This document shows, piece after piece, positions 1 through 8,808 of a stretch of 64,000 bases of DNA. Both the position numbers and the translations under genes were made by a program. Within the stretch, counting starts at the first letter, position 1, and every line of letters starts with the position of its first letter. The notes below the pieces were generated by a model. It was not told where the DNA came from. It did no database searches and was given only the letters and a program-made list of their open reading frames with translations. Location of the stretch: positions 62,001-126,000 of the IMG/VR virus record IMGVR_UViG_3300032931_001151. One strand, written 5' to 3'.

Positions 1-38
1 AAGAAAAGAAACAAAATAACTCGTGAAAGGAGATTATT

Positions 39-218
39 ATGAAGTATATCGTAAGAAGCCGTACAACTGGTGGTAGATATCTCGTTGAGAGAGAAACCGG
101 AAAAAAGGCATACCGTTGGACCAAAAGAGCCGCTAAGGTTGCTCATCGTTTTACATCATATGATGCTGCCCAAAAAGCATCACAAAGATATAACGGCGAA
201 TTGATTAGCGTTAAGTAA
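39..218 (+). CDS. small basic hypothetical protein (59 aa, not in ORF track)
   Basis: AGGAG at 28-32, ATG 39, hand translation MKYIVRSRTTGGRYLVERETGKKAYRWTKR...ISVK, TAA 216-218, next gene starts at 221. Confidence 0.75.
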   Translation: MKYIVRSRTTGGRYLVERETGKKAYRWTKRAAKVAHRFTSYDAAQKASQRYNGELISVK

Positions 219-220
219 TT

Positions 221-409
221 ATGCCGAGATATGACTATCAATGTGAAAAGTGTGAACACATTCAAGAGGAATCGCATCCTATAAACGGACCTATTGAATG
301 TATTATTTGTGAAAATTGTAAGTCTAAAAAGATGGTAAAAGTAGTTTCCGCCCCCTATGTGCGATTCATAGGGGACTGGCAAACTAATGATGTTAGAAAA
401 ACTAATTAA
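221..409 (+). CDS. FmdB-family zinc-ribbon protein
   Basis: MPRYDYQCEKC...CENCKS...KVVSAP..F.G.W matches the FmdB CxxC-CxxC pattern. Confidence 0.85.
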   Translation: MPRYDYQCEKCEHIQEESHPINGPIECIICENCKSKKMVKVVSAPYVRFIGDWQTNDVRKTN

Positions 410-418
410 GGAAATACA

Positions 419-724
419 ATGAATAAAAAGATTTTTCTTGTAATGCGGGATCCCAAAACCGAACTAGAAACTCATATGGAATGGGAAGGACATGATTCAT
501 TAGAAGATGCCAAAAAAGAATATACCAATATTCGTAATATGTCTATGCAAGAAGGAGTAAAACCAATTGATGGTTTCGTGTATGAGGCCGATATCCCAGA
601 GTATGGCAATGTTGCCGAGAAACTTGATATGGCGGAATTAGCCAAACATTACGAGAATAAAGTAATGGATATGAACTTCTCGGATCCTCTTACTCCACAG
701 TTTGAAGTAATTAACAATGACTAA
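419..724 (+). CDS. hypothetical protein
   Basis: AAGGA RBS, tight packing with neighbours. Confidence 0.75.
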   Translation: MNKKIFLVMRDPKTELETHMEWEGHDSLEDAKKEYTNIRNMSMQEGVKPIDGFVYEADIPEYGNVAEKLDMAELAKHYENKVMDMNFSDPLTPQFEVINND

Positions 725-1238
725 TTACCTAAAAGGTAAAACGGTTTATTTGGCCGGAAGTATTCACCACAACGACGAAGATTCGGGTGTTGGTTGGAGA
801 GAATCTATAACCCCAAAATTAGAAAAATTTGGAGTTAATGTACAAGATCCATGTAAAAAAACTATTAATGGGGTTGGGGAAGTTGGCGACGATAAAAAAG
901 AATTAATAGATTTAATTAAAAGAAAGAAATTTTTGGATGTTAAAGAGAGATTTTTTCCAATACTAAAAGCAGATTTAAGATGTGTGGACATATCGCATTT
1001 CGTTATTGTCAATTATAGACCAAAAATTAGGCATATTGGAACCATCCATGAACTAGTTATGGCAAATATAGAACGCAAGCCTATACTTCTTTATTATCCC
1101 GAAAATGAATTAGAAGATTTCAATCCGTGGATAGCATGTCTTATTAAATCCAATCACATTTTCGACGATTGGAATAAAATGTTTGATTATTTAACTGAAG
1201 TAGACAAGGGAAACTTTGATACCTCTTTATGGTACTAA
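717..1238 (+). CDS. nucleoside 2-deoxyribosyltransferase-like / (d)NMP N-glycosidase
   Basis: VYLAGSI, WRE, DLRCVD, GTIHEL motifs of the NDT/Rcl fold. Confidence 0.8.
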   Translation: MTNYLKGKTVYLAGSIHHNDEDSGVGWRESITPKLEKFGVNVQDPCKKTINGVGEVGDDKKELIDLIKRKKFLDVKERFFPILKADLRCVDISHFVIVNYRPKIRHIGTIHELVMANIERKPILLYYPENELEDFNPWIACLIKSNHIFDDWNKMFDYLTEVDKGNFDTSLWY

Positions 1239-1248
1239 AAGGAACTAT

Positions 1249-1449
1249 ATGTTAAAAATACCATTACTAAAGGGTTGCGACGATTTAGATTTAATTAGAA
1301 TGAGATCCTTATTAGAATCTACTCTAAAATCCGTTGAAGTTGAAATATACGATAGACTAATTCCCAAACAAGTTGTAACTCACAATAGTAAAACGTTAAC
1401 TCTTCAATATATCATTGAAGACCATGAAATAGAACTTAATTTTAAATAA
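1249..1449 (+). CDS. hypothetical protein
   Basis: AAGGA RBS precedes ATG 1249 (MLKIPLL), preferred over the track start at 1216. Confidence 0.6.
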   Translation: MLKIPLLKGCDDLDLIRMRSLLESTLKSVEVEIYDRLIPKQVVTHNSKTLTLQYIIEDHEIELNFK

Positions 1450-1460
1450 AGGAATCTAAA

Positions 1461-1628
1461 ATGAAAATGAAGACAACCCAAATAGTATCGGTAACAAATG
1501 AAGAAGTTATTAGATACCTCACTAAAGTAGTTGAGAAGAAAACGGGAAAGAAAGTAGTTAAAGTAACCGAACCTTTTGATTTCCATCTTCAAGATGAGGA
1601 AGCCGATCTAGATAAGGAGCAAGCTTAA
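1461..1628 (+). CDS. small hypothetical protein (55 aa, not in ORF track)
   Basis: AAGGA RBS, MKMKTTQIVSVTNEEVIRYL...DKEQA, fills the gap exactly. Confidence 0.7.
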   Translation: MKMKTTQIVSVTNEEVIRYLTKVVEKKTGKKVVKVTEPFDFHLQDEEADLDKEQA

Positions 1629-1629
1629 T

Positions 1630-1917
1630 ATGCCTTATATCAAACAAGAAGATCGCACTAAGTTTAACGAAGATGCCGTTAGACTTGGAACAAAAGCGGA
1701 ATGTGCAGGCGATTTAAACTATGCCATCACCGTTATATTGCACACTTATCTTAAAAAGAAGGGTATTAGATACTCCAATCTCAATGAGGTAATTGGAATG
1801 CTTGATTGTGCAAAGATGGAATTATATAGATCAATTGCGGGTCCTTACGAAGATATTAAAATTAAAGAATCTGGTCTAGTAGGTCTAATATCCGAATTTG
1901 GCGGCCCAACCCCATAA
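1630..1917 (+). CDS. conserved phage helical protein (MPYIK...GDLNY...CAKMELYR family)
   Basis: Recognisable motif set common in phage nucleotide-metabolism regions; function unknown. Confidence 0.75.
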   Translation: MPYIKQEDRTKFNEDAVRLGTKAECAGDLNYAITVILHTYLKKKGIRYSNLNEVIGMLDCAKMELYRSIAGPYEDIKIKESGLVGLISEFGGPTP

Positions 1918-1922
1918 TAATT

Positions 1923-1958
1923 AATCCCTTTTTGATATAATATATGTAAGAAGGGATT
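1923..1958 (+). promoter_or_regulatory. hairpin with extended -10 (TGaTATAAT) in the loop and RBS in the 3' arm
   Basis: AATCCCTTTTT (1923-1933) pairs with AAGAAGGGATT (1948-1958); TATAAT 1936-1941; ATG 1963. Confidence 0.65.
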
Positions 1959-1962
1959 TGAT

Positions 1963-2217
1963 ATGGAACAACTTGTTTGTACTTTAGAATCGGTATCGGG
2001 ATGTGGGTTACAAACAATCCAAATATTTACTCCTAAAGTAATTAAAGTAAACGACAAACTAAATAATTTAATAGATTATTTAGTTTTTTGTAATGGAGAT
2101 GATTATATTTTAGTGTTACCACCTAGAGATATTCACAAAGAAGCATTAAAAATAAAATGTTTATATCCTCTATTAGAAGTCGAAGTTATAAATACAAGGA
2201 TAAAACTATCCTTCTAA
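1963..2217 (+). CDS. hypothetical protein
   Basis: AAGGGA RBS, open frame. Confidence 0.65.
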   Translation: MEQLVCTLESVSGCGLQTIQIFTPKVIKVNDKLNNLIDYLVFCNGDDYILVLPPRDIHKEALKIKCLYPLLEVEVINTRIKLSF

Positions 2218-2225
2218 AATATAAA

Positions 2226-2253
2226 TTGACAAATTATGTTTATGCAATAAAAT
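2226..2253 (+). promoter_or_regulatory. sigma70-type promoter
   Basis: TTGACA 2226-2231, 16-nt spacer, TAAAAT 2248-2253, then AAGGAG RBS. Confidence 0.7.
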
Positions 2254-2272
2254 CATGTGAAGGAGAACACGA

Positions 2273-2719
2273 ATGACTAAAACAAATAAAATAGAAAAAC
2301 ATTATTTAGTGGTATGCGATGTAGGCCCACTTATTATGACCGAGAATAAAGATAAGGCTATTAATTCACTTAAAATAGCGAGACTAAAAGGTCATAGGGG
2401 GTATGTACAAGAAATAACAGCATCCACCGAAAGACTTAAAGAAATAGGGAAGAATCTTTTTAAACGAAAAATATCGCCCAATGAAAGAATGAATATACTC
2501 ATTACAAGAGGAAAAATAATTCGTGAATTCATTGATGTCCGTGATGATAATGATTTTACCGATGAAGTTGCTTGGAAAAAAGTTACAAAGAATAACCAAT
2601 TAACAGGATTTAGCGACTTGGACGATTTTAGTCAATGGACCCTTGATGTCCGTGAATTCAATCCCCACGACAACCCTAAATTACTATTAGACGAGGGAAT
2701 TGATGGATCAGATAATTGA
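2273..2719 (+). CDS. hypothetical protein
   Basis: Strong AAGGAG RBS and upstream promoter. Confidence 0.75.
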   Translation: MTKTNKIEKHYLVVCDVGPLIMTENKDKAINSLKIARLKGHRGYVQEITASTERLKEIGKNLFKRKISPNERMNILITRGKIIREFIDVRDDNDFTDEVAWKKVTKNNQLTGFSDLDDFSQWTLDVREFNPHDNPKLLLDEGIDGSDN

Positions 2720-3032
2720 TAGAATAAATAAACTCTCTAAAAGTGATAATAAAAACTTACTAGAAACTTGTATAAAAATTCAGGAAGAAGTTGGAGAATT
2801 GTCCGCAGAACTTCTTAAAATAAGAGGTAAAAAAGGCTCTAATGGACAATTAAGGTTTCAAATTGAAGAAAATATACTAGAAGAATGTTGTGATGTGCTT
2901 ATTATGGCATTTTCTTTATTAAATAAATTTAAGTTCAATAGAACTAAGATTAAAAAAGCATTTAATAAAAAACTTGATAAAGCTGAGATTAACATTAAGA
3001 AACAAAAAATATGGAAGAAACAAATTAAATGA
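2703..3032 (+). CDS. MazG-like NTP pyrophosphohydrolase
   Basis: KIQEEVGELSAE ... EECCDVLI acidic metal-binding motifs; ATG 2703 follows GAGGG. Confidence 0.8.
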   Translation: MDQIIDRINKLSKSDNKNLLETCIKIQEEVGELSAELLKIRGKKGSNGQLRFQIEENILEECCDVLIMAFSLLNKFKFNRTKIKKAFNKKLDKAEINIKKQKIWKKQIK

Positions 3033-3271
3033 ATATTAATGATGCGATTAAAATTATGAAGTTTTCAGTTAAAAATGAAATTGCTAAAGCCTACTTAGAA
3101 ACACTAGAATACTCAATAGACGATCACGGAACCCATGGGTTAGTAAATCAGTTGAATTATATTATGTGCAATGTTTCCTCATGGAAAGGTTCTCAAGCAA
3201 AAGAAGTCAAAACCTTTGTAAAAGATTGGATTAAAGAAAAAAATGGAAATAATACAATCTCCCCCCGATAA
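3029..3271 (+). CDS. hypothetical protein
   Basis: ATGA overlap with upstream stop. Confidence 0.7.
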   Translation: MNINDAIKIMKFSVKNEIAKAYLETLEYSIDDHGTHGLVNQLNYIMCNVSSWKGSQAKEVKTFVKDWIKEKNGNNTISPR

Positions 3272-3680
3272 GTGGATTAAACATTGGCTTAAAATAGCAC
3301 TTGTTACGTCCGAATTAAGCAAAGATCCTCGAACAAAAGTCGGCGCTTGCGTGGTAACACCTGACAATAGGCAATGTTCATTAGGTTATAATGGATTTGC
3401 TAATGGCATTGAAGACTTAGCAGAACGATGGAATAATAGAGCAATTAAATATGAATTTTGTATTCATGCCGAAGAAAATGCTATTATTAATAGCCCGTTT
3501 GACACTAAAGGGTGTACTTTATTTTGCACTCTTCAATGTTGCCATAAATGCATGGCAAGAATAGTTAGAGCGGGAATTAAAAAAGTTTACTATCTAAAGC
3601 CATATGACAATATAACTCATCTTGACATTATTGAAGCCCATTCAAAACTACTTGACGAGATAAGACAAGTTTCTATATAG
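3243..3680 (+). CDS. dCMP deaminase
   Basis: SKDPRTKVGA, GYNG, HAEENA and CxxC (CCHKC) zinc motifs. Confidence 0.92.
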   Translation: MEIIQSPPDKWIKHWLKIALVTSELSKDPRTKVGACVVTPDNRQCSLGYNGFANGIEDLAERWNNRAIKYEFCIHAEENAIINSPFDTKGCTLFCTLQCCHKCMARIVRAGIKKVYYLKPYDNITHLDIIEAHSKLLDEIRQVSI

Positions 3681-3693
3681 ACTTACAAAGAAC

Positions 3694-3720
3694 TTGACTT
3701 TCCAAAAAGTACTATATAAT
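3694..3720 (+). promoter_or_regulatory. probable sigma70-type promoter for rIIA
   Basis: TTGACT 3694-3699, TATAAT 3715-3720 (15-nt spacer, suboptimal), intergenic. Confidence 0.5.
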
Positions 3721-3756
3721 TACCCTCAAGATAACCAACATTATTAAGAGGAATTT

Positions 3757-5943
3757 ATGAAACTCGACTTTGATACTACAATTATTGAAAGATCCGAAGA
3801 CTTTGAGGAGCAAACTTTCGGATTCTCCGATGTTACAATAGTCATGGAAATTCTTAGGTCAAAACTCTATTCAAACCCTATTAAGGTGTTAGTTCAAGAA
3901 TATATGAGTAATGCCCGTGATGCTCATAGAGAAATTGATAATAATCAACCCATTGAAGTTCAATTGCCTTCCCACATTTCGCCACAATTTGAGGTTAGAG
4001 ATTTTGGCCCCGGAATAACACCAAAAAGAATGAGTAACGTATTCATTAAATATGCGGCATCAACAAAGCGAGACTCTAATAAGATGACTGGTGGGTGGGG
4101 ATTAGGATCAAAGAGTGGTTGGAGCTATTCCGACACTTTTAGTGTAATATCTATTACTAACGAAACCGGTGAAAATATTAAAAGAACTTATTCTTGCATC
4201 ATTGATGAAACTCGTAATGGTAAACTCGTGAAAATGTGCGACGACGCAAAAACCGAAGAACCATGTGGTACTCGTATCATTGTGCCGGCTCGTAAAGAAA
4301 ATTTCAATCAATTTAGAGACTATGCGGTTCAAACGGGAACCCTATGGGAAGTGAAACCAATAATTTTTGGCCAAACCATTAATAACCCATCCATCATTAG
4401 CGAAGGTGCTAATTGGAAGTATTTTGAGCGTCACACTGTTCCTACCGACTTTATATCTAATAAAGCATTTGTTGTATATGATGGGATTCCTTATCCTTTA
4501 AAAACCGAAACTTTAAAAAATTTGATTTCGGATGAGGTAATGGCTGTACTAAATAGTTCTTGTTTCGGTCTATATTTTAATATTGGCGATATTACTATCT
4601 CCGCTAACCGTGAGGAAATTCAATATACGGAGAAAACTAAAAACACATTAGCAACCCGAGTAAACGAGATGGTATCCGAGATAGCAAGTAAATTCTCGGA
4701 TACTATTCAACAAGAGCCAACATTCATTGACGCTCTTATGAAGTTTAATGACATTTCTAAAGAGAATGACGTAATCGCCAAACTTATTAGCAATTCGGTT
4801 GAATGGAACGGAACCAAACTCCACCGTATTAACCAACTTAATACTATGGATAAGGCTGTTAAAATTGAAAATTTCTATTACGATGATGGTAAACTATGCC
4901 ATATTAGGAATGCCTATGTACATCTAGAAAATAAAGATAAATTTAAAAAAATCTATATTAATGATGAAAAACTTCGTGGTGCTCCAATTTCTAAAATGCG
5001 TGGGTTGTTTTATTCTAGTTCTAAATCAGACCAGGAATCGTTTGATGTTTATGTTATCTCATATCAAACCAATAACCCCAAAGGTCTATCACAACAAGAA
5101 ATTGATAATGCAAATGTAAGTATTAATAAGTGGAATAAAGAAAACTTTATTGGTTTAATGGATCTACAAACTACATCATCCATCAAAAAATCAATAATCC
5201 CAAAAGGAATTTCTCAACCTAAAGTGATAGGAAAACTTGTAACCTATAGAGAGTTGAAATTAAACGTAGGATCCGATTATGCGGTTACTATAGAACATGA
5301 GGATATTGATAGCACATTAAGCGGATATTATACTCTAATACATGAAGGAAGATTTTCAATTGGAGGATCGAGATACAATATTAGAGATTCGTGGGAAATG
5401 AGAAATCTACACCGTAGATTAAAATTAGTTCTAAGCCACTTAAAAGTTGATAAAATTCTTTTATTTACTCAAAAGTACACGAAAAATATCTCCGAAAATA
5501 AGAATTTAATTCATTTGCCTATAGATATTTCAAAAGATATTGTAAATTCGTTTGATTCTAATAAGATAAAAGAATATACTAAGTATGTTCGTGGAGATAA
5601 AATGTATAATCACGAATTCTTTAAACTACTAAGTCCCATGAAACATATGGATAGATTTAATGTTGGTAGTAAGATTAGAGAGAAGTTAGAGTCAATGTTA
5701 CATAATGAAAAATATATTGCCACTCAAGAATATAAAGAAATGAATTCTTTATATGAAGAATTTAATCACGTTATTAAAGATCTATATAAAGTAGATGGCG
5801 ATTCCACCCAAGACGAAGACTCTTTTTCTAAAAAATATCCGCTTTTATCTGATAGGTATTATGGGTATCATACTAGTAGTAATGAAACATTCGTTGAGCA
5901 TGCGATTAACTATATTAATTTTGTTGACAATGGTAAAAATTGA
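3757..5943 (+). CDS. rIIA: RIIA-like protein (N-terminal GHKL ATPase)
   Basis: LYSNPIKVLVQEYMSNARDAH, VRDFGPG, STKR..N..GGWGLGSKS, ISANREEIQY; followed by rIIB. Confidence 0.9.
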   Translation: MKLDFDTTIIERSEDFEEQTFGFSDVTIVMEILRSKLYSNPIKVLVQEYMSNARDAHREIDNNQPIEVQLPSHISPQFEVRDFGPGITPKRMSNVFIKYAASTKRDSNKMTGGWGLGSKSGWSYSDTFSVISITNETGENIKRTYSCIIDETRNGKLVKMCDDAKTEEPCGTRIIVPARKENFNQFRDYAVQTGTLWEVKPIIFGQTINNPSIISEGANWKYFERHTVPTDFISNKAFVVYDGIPYPLKTETLKNLISDEVMAVLNSSCFGLYFNIGDITISANREEIQYTEKTKNTLATRVNEMVSEIASKFSDTIQQEPTFIDALMKFNDISKENDVIAKLISNSVEWNGTKLHRINQLNTMDKAVKIENFYYDDGKLCHIRNAYVHLENKDKFKKIYINDEKLRGAPISKMRGLFYSSSKSDQESFDVYVISYQTNNPKGLSQQEIDNANVSINKWNKENFIGLMDLQTTSSIKKSIIPKGISQPKVIGKLVTYRELKLNVGSDYAVTIEHEDIDSTLSGYYTLIHEGRFSIGGSRYNIRDSWEMRNLHRRLKLVLSHLKVDKILLFTQKYTKNISENKNLIHLPIDISKDIVNSFDSNKIKEYTKYVRGDKMYNHEFFKLLSPMKHMDRFNVGSKIREKLESMLHNEKYIATQEYKEMNSLYEEFNHVIKDLYKVDGDSTQDEDSFSKKYPLLSDRYYGYHTSSNETFVEHAINYINFVDNGKN

Positions 5944-5951
5944 TATATAAT
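5924..5951 (+). promoter_or_regulatory. sigma70-type promoter for rIIB overlapping the rIIA 3' end
   Basis: TTGACA 5924-5929, 16-nt spacer, TATAAT 5946-5951. Confidence 0.75.
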
Positions 5952-5977
5952 AAACAAATAACTTTTAGGAGAACACC

Positions 5978-6958
5978 ATGAGATATCTTATAACCCCCAA
6001 ATGCATTTCTTTAAATTACGATGGAAATACTAAAGTAGTTGAGAAAACGGATAGTCGTTTCCAACCAATTATAGACGCCATTAAAGCCAAAAACTTTGAC
6101 GTAATTCCCGGAATTATTGATGGACTTAAAAACGCCATTGCAACTAGTACAAATAAGGATTTTAAAGTTGATAATGGTTTAGTATATATTGATAATAAAT
6201 CAGTTGGTGGTAGAATTAGCGAAAAGATCGTTGAGTATGTAAATGCTGGACTAGATCCAATTAGCCTTGTTAATTTTTGGAGGAATTTACAATTAAATCC
6301 TTCATATAGAGCAAGAGAGGCGTTATTTTCCTTCCTTGAAAATGGGAATCATCCTATTACGGACGATGGGCACTTTATCGCATATAAGAAAGTACGAAGC
6401 AATATGAAAGACGGTCATAATGGGACTTTTGATAACTCTGTTGGGGCTAAACCATCAATGCCACGAGATCAAGTTGACGACGATCCGACACACACTTGCG
6501 CTCCAGGGCTGCATGTGGCGTCCTGGGAGTATGCACAAAACTATAGTGGAACGGTTCTTATTGATTGTAAGGTAAATCCCATGAATGTCGTTGCCGTCCC
6601 AATTGATTATAATTTTATGAAGATGCGTACTTGTGGATATGAAGTTATTGCCGTGGCTAAAGAGAAAAGGCAAGAGCTACATATTAGCGACAATAAAGAT
6701 ATTACTAGCGATGACGCTACGGATATTGATCCTGATGATATAAATCTAAATGATAATAATGAAGATTTTGACTATAATAATATGGATAATGTTGACTACC
6801 AACAAGGCGTGGACGACGCTAACGCTTTGATAACTTACTTCAAGTCAATTGGAAGAGAATATACTTACGACGAGTTCATTGAACTAAAGAGATTTGAGAA
6901 TAAATCGGATAGTTACAAATGTGGAATTGAGGAAGTGGCAGACGAAAAACTATCTTAA
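5978..6958 (+). CDS. rIIB: RIIB-like protein
   Basis: FWRNLQLNPS, LFSFL, ITDDGHFIAYKKVR, MPRDQVDDDP..TC..GLHV, KVNP.NVVAVP.DY. Confidence 0.92.
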   Translation: MRYLITPKCISLNYDGNTKVVEKTDSRFQPIIDAIKAKNFDVIPGIIDGLKNAIATSTNKDFKVDNGLVYIDNKSVGGRISEKIVEYVNAGLDPISLVNFWRNLQLNPSYRAREALFSFLENGNHPITDDGHFIAYKKVRSNMKDGHNGTFDNSVGAKPSMPRDQVDDDPTHTCAPGLHVASWEYAQNYSGTVLIDCKVNPMNVVAVPIDYNFMKMRTCGYEVIAVAKEKRQELHISDNKDITSDDATDIDPDDINLNDNNEDFDYNNMDNVDYQQGVDDANALITYFKSIGREYTYDEFIELKRFENKSDSYKCGIEEVADEKLS

Positions 6959-6975
6959 ATTTAAGTAGATTTTGG

Positions 6976-7011
6976 AATCCCCTTGGGTATAATTACTCAA
7001 GGGGATTTTTT
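6976..7011 (+). terminator. terminator-like hairpin with TATAAT at the loop and the next gene's RBS in the 3' arm
   Basis: AATCCCCTTGGGTA / TACTCAAGGGGATT 14-bp stem (one G-U), T-run, ATG at 7012. Confidence 0.75.
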
Positions 7012-7677
7012 ATGGAAAATATTATTGAAATTGAGTTAAATCCGGAATTTCATATAAGCAAATTTCTAACCACTAACGTTAGAAAGTTGGCATTGTACAT
7101 TCCTACTATTGATCAATTAATGCCAACCGAAAGTAACTATTTTGGTCTAAAGGAGATGACATATGGTAATATCATATTAGATCAAGAAAGCGGATTGGTG
7201 GCTTTAACGGTTAGACAATTCTTTAAAGCATTACTTTCAAATATGCCATATGCGTATGAAATCGCTTGCACTCCCCATTCCAATATAGTAGCGGATTCCC
7301 AATTAGGATTTGAAATATTAAATTTCGGAAAAACCCATCTTATTTCTAAGCCCATTATAGATAAGTACTTAAAAAGCTTCACAGAAGATAAAATAACGGG
7401 GAATTATACAAGAGCATATAGAATCGGAACCGTTCTAAAGAGATTGTATAGAGGATTAAGAACTACCGAAATGACGAACGAAGAAACCGAATTATATAAC
7501 CACTTATTAAGTGATACCGTTAAATTAGAAGATATTGAATTTTCTTTAACGCATATGGATGTTGAATTCCAATCTATTGAGCCTACTATAAACTATAATG
7601 ATATATTTCCACCAATTGATATAAATTACATAAATCAATTTTTAATTCAAACCCATAAGGATTACTTAAAACTATGA
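7012..7677 (+). CDS. degenerate Pol-beta-superfamily (YcgL/RlaP-like) nucleotidyltransferase
   Basis: LYIPTIDQL and VRQFFKALLSNMPYAYEIACTP and RAYRI resemble the family's downstream motifs; no GS..YG....SDxD. Confidence 0.5.
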   Translation: MENIIEIELNPEFHISKFLTTNVRKLALYIPTIDQLMPTESNYFGLKEMTYGNIILDQESGLVALTVRQFFKALLSNMPYAYEIACTPHSNIVADSQLGFEILNFGKTHLISKPIIDKYLKSFTEDKITGNYTRAYRIGTVLKRLYRGLRTTEMTNEETELYNHLLSDTVKLEDIEFSLTHMDVEFQSIEPTINYNDIFPPIDINYINQFLIQTHKDYLKL

Positions 7678-8000
7678 CATTAGAAGAAGATGTTACTTGG
7701 ATTATGGAGAGATGTCCGAAATTAAACTCTTTAGCCGTTTTAGAGCCATCAGCACAAGCAATTGCTATTATGTTGGCAATCGGGGGAAATAACCCCTTCA
7801 ATGAACAAGAAATGGCTAAACTATCGCTTGTTGGCATCATAGCCATGCATTGCCGCAAAATAGATGAAGAAAGATTTCAAACGTTGTCTCCTTACGCTTA
7901 CTTACAAATTGCCAACGCTTATATAGATGAAAATGATACATCGGGGGTTAATTATAAGGAACTCGTAAATAAAATTAAAAATATTATAAAGTTAATTTAA
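7674..8000 (+). CDS. hypothetical protein
   Basis: ATGA overlap. Confidence 0.7.
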   Translation: MTLEEDVTWIMERCPKLNSLAVLEPSAQAIAIMLAIGGNNPFNEQEMAKLSLVGIIAMHCRKIDEERFQTLSPYAYLQIANAYIDENDTSGVNYKELVNKIKNIIKLI

Positions 8001-8004
8001 TTAA

Positions 8005-8012
8005 TATAAATA
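8005..8012 (+). promoter_or_regulatory. T4-type late promoter TATAAATA
   Basis: Exact octamer in a 28-nt intergenic gap just before AGGAG RBS and ATG 8029. Confidence 0.55.
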
Positions 8013-8028
8013 GGTTTAGGAGATACAA

Positions 8029-8334
8029 ATGGATAATTTTTCTACTTGGTACTACAATAATAAGAATAAAAAAGTTGACGTATCAATGGCACCATCAGAA
8101 AAGATGTTTTTTGATGTTGTTGGTATAAAAATTCCATCTCTTAAGGCTTTCATATCTTGGTTAATATTGAAGAAATTGATTAATCCAATAATTAAAGAAA
8201 AAGATAAGAAAACATTGAATTTATTGTCCTTACCGGTTGAAAAAAAAGTTCATTATCTCGTTAGTAAATTGAAAGATATAGATAAACTAGCTAATGAGTA
8301 TAATAAAATATTTGGGGAATCGCCCAAAGAATAA
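8029..8334 (+). CDS. hypothetical protein, probably late-expressed
   Basis: AGGAG RBS, late-promoter motif. Confidence 0.7.
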   Translation: MDNFSTWYYNNKNKKVDVSMAPSEKMFFDVVGIKIPSLKAFISWLILKKLINPIIKEKDKKTLNLLSLPVEKKVHYLVSKLKDIDKLANEYNKIFGESPKE

Positions 8335-8368
8335 TTAAGTTTATCTTGTGAATTAATGAAAGGCTGTT

Positions 8369-8542
8369 ATGATATTATTCATAGGTATGATTTTATGCTC
8401 ATTGATTTTATGGGCATTCTCTCACTTTGGAATTAAAAATTACGAATACGATCACGAAGAAAGTATGCTTACTGCTAAAATAGTTAATTTAATAGTATTT
8501 GCTATATTGTTAACATTAATAAGTTTGAAGCATTTTTTATGA
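8369..8542 (+). CDS. small two-TM membrane protein (57 aa, not in ORF track)
   Basis: AAGG RBS; MILFIGMILCSLILWAFSHFGIKNYEYDHEESMLTAKIVNLIVFAILLTLISLKHFL has two hydrophobic stretches. Confidence 0.7.
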   Translation: MILFIGMILCSLILWAFSHFGIKNYEYDHEESMLTAKIVNLIVFAILLTLISLKHFL

Positions 8543-8577
8543 ATTTGGAAGTATAATAACAATTAAGGAGAACATTT

Positions 8578-8805
8578 ATGTCATATGCTACATCACAGGG
8601 TAAAGCCTACACTCTAATGGATCTTGAAAGACTTGCAAAAGTTGAGACTTTCGGACAATTCACCGGAGCTATCTTAGGACTTATCCAAAGATCCAAACAA
8701 CTTGAAGCTGAAAACGCCTTCTATAAAAAGAATGCATTAGATGCCGAATCATATAAAAGCCAATTGATGGAATTAAGAAGAGAAGTAAACGAATTAAAGA
8801 AGTAA
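8578..8805 (+). CDS. hypothetical coiled-coil protein
   Basis: AAGGAG RBS, TATAAT at 8552. Confidence 0.75.
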   Translation: MSYATSQGKAYTLMDLERLAKVETFGQFTGAILGLIQRSKQLEAENAFYKKNALDAESYKSQLMELRREVNELKK

Positions 8806-8808
8806 AAT

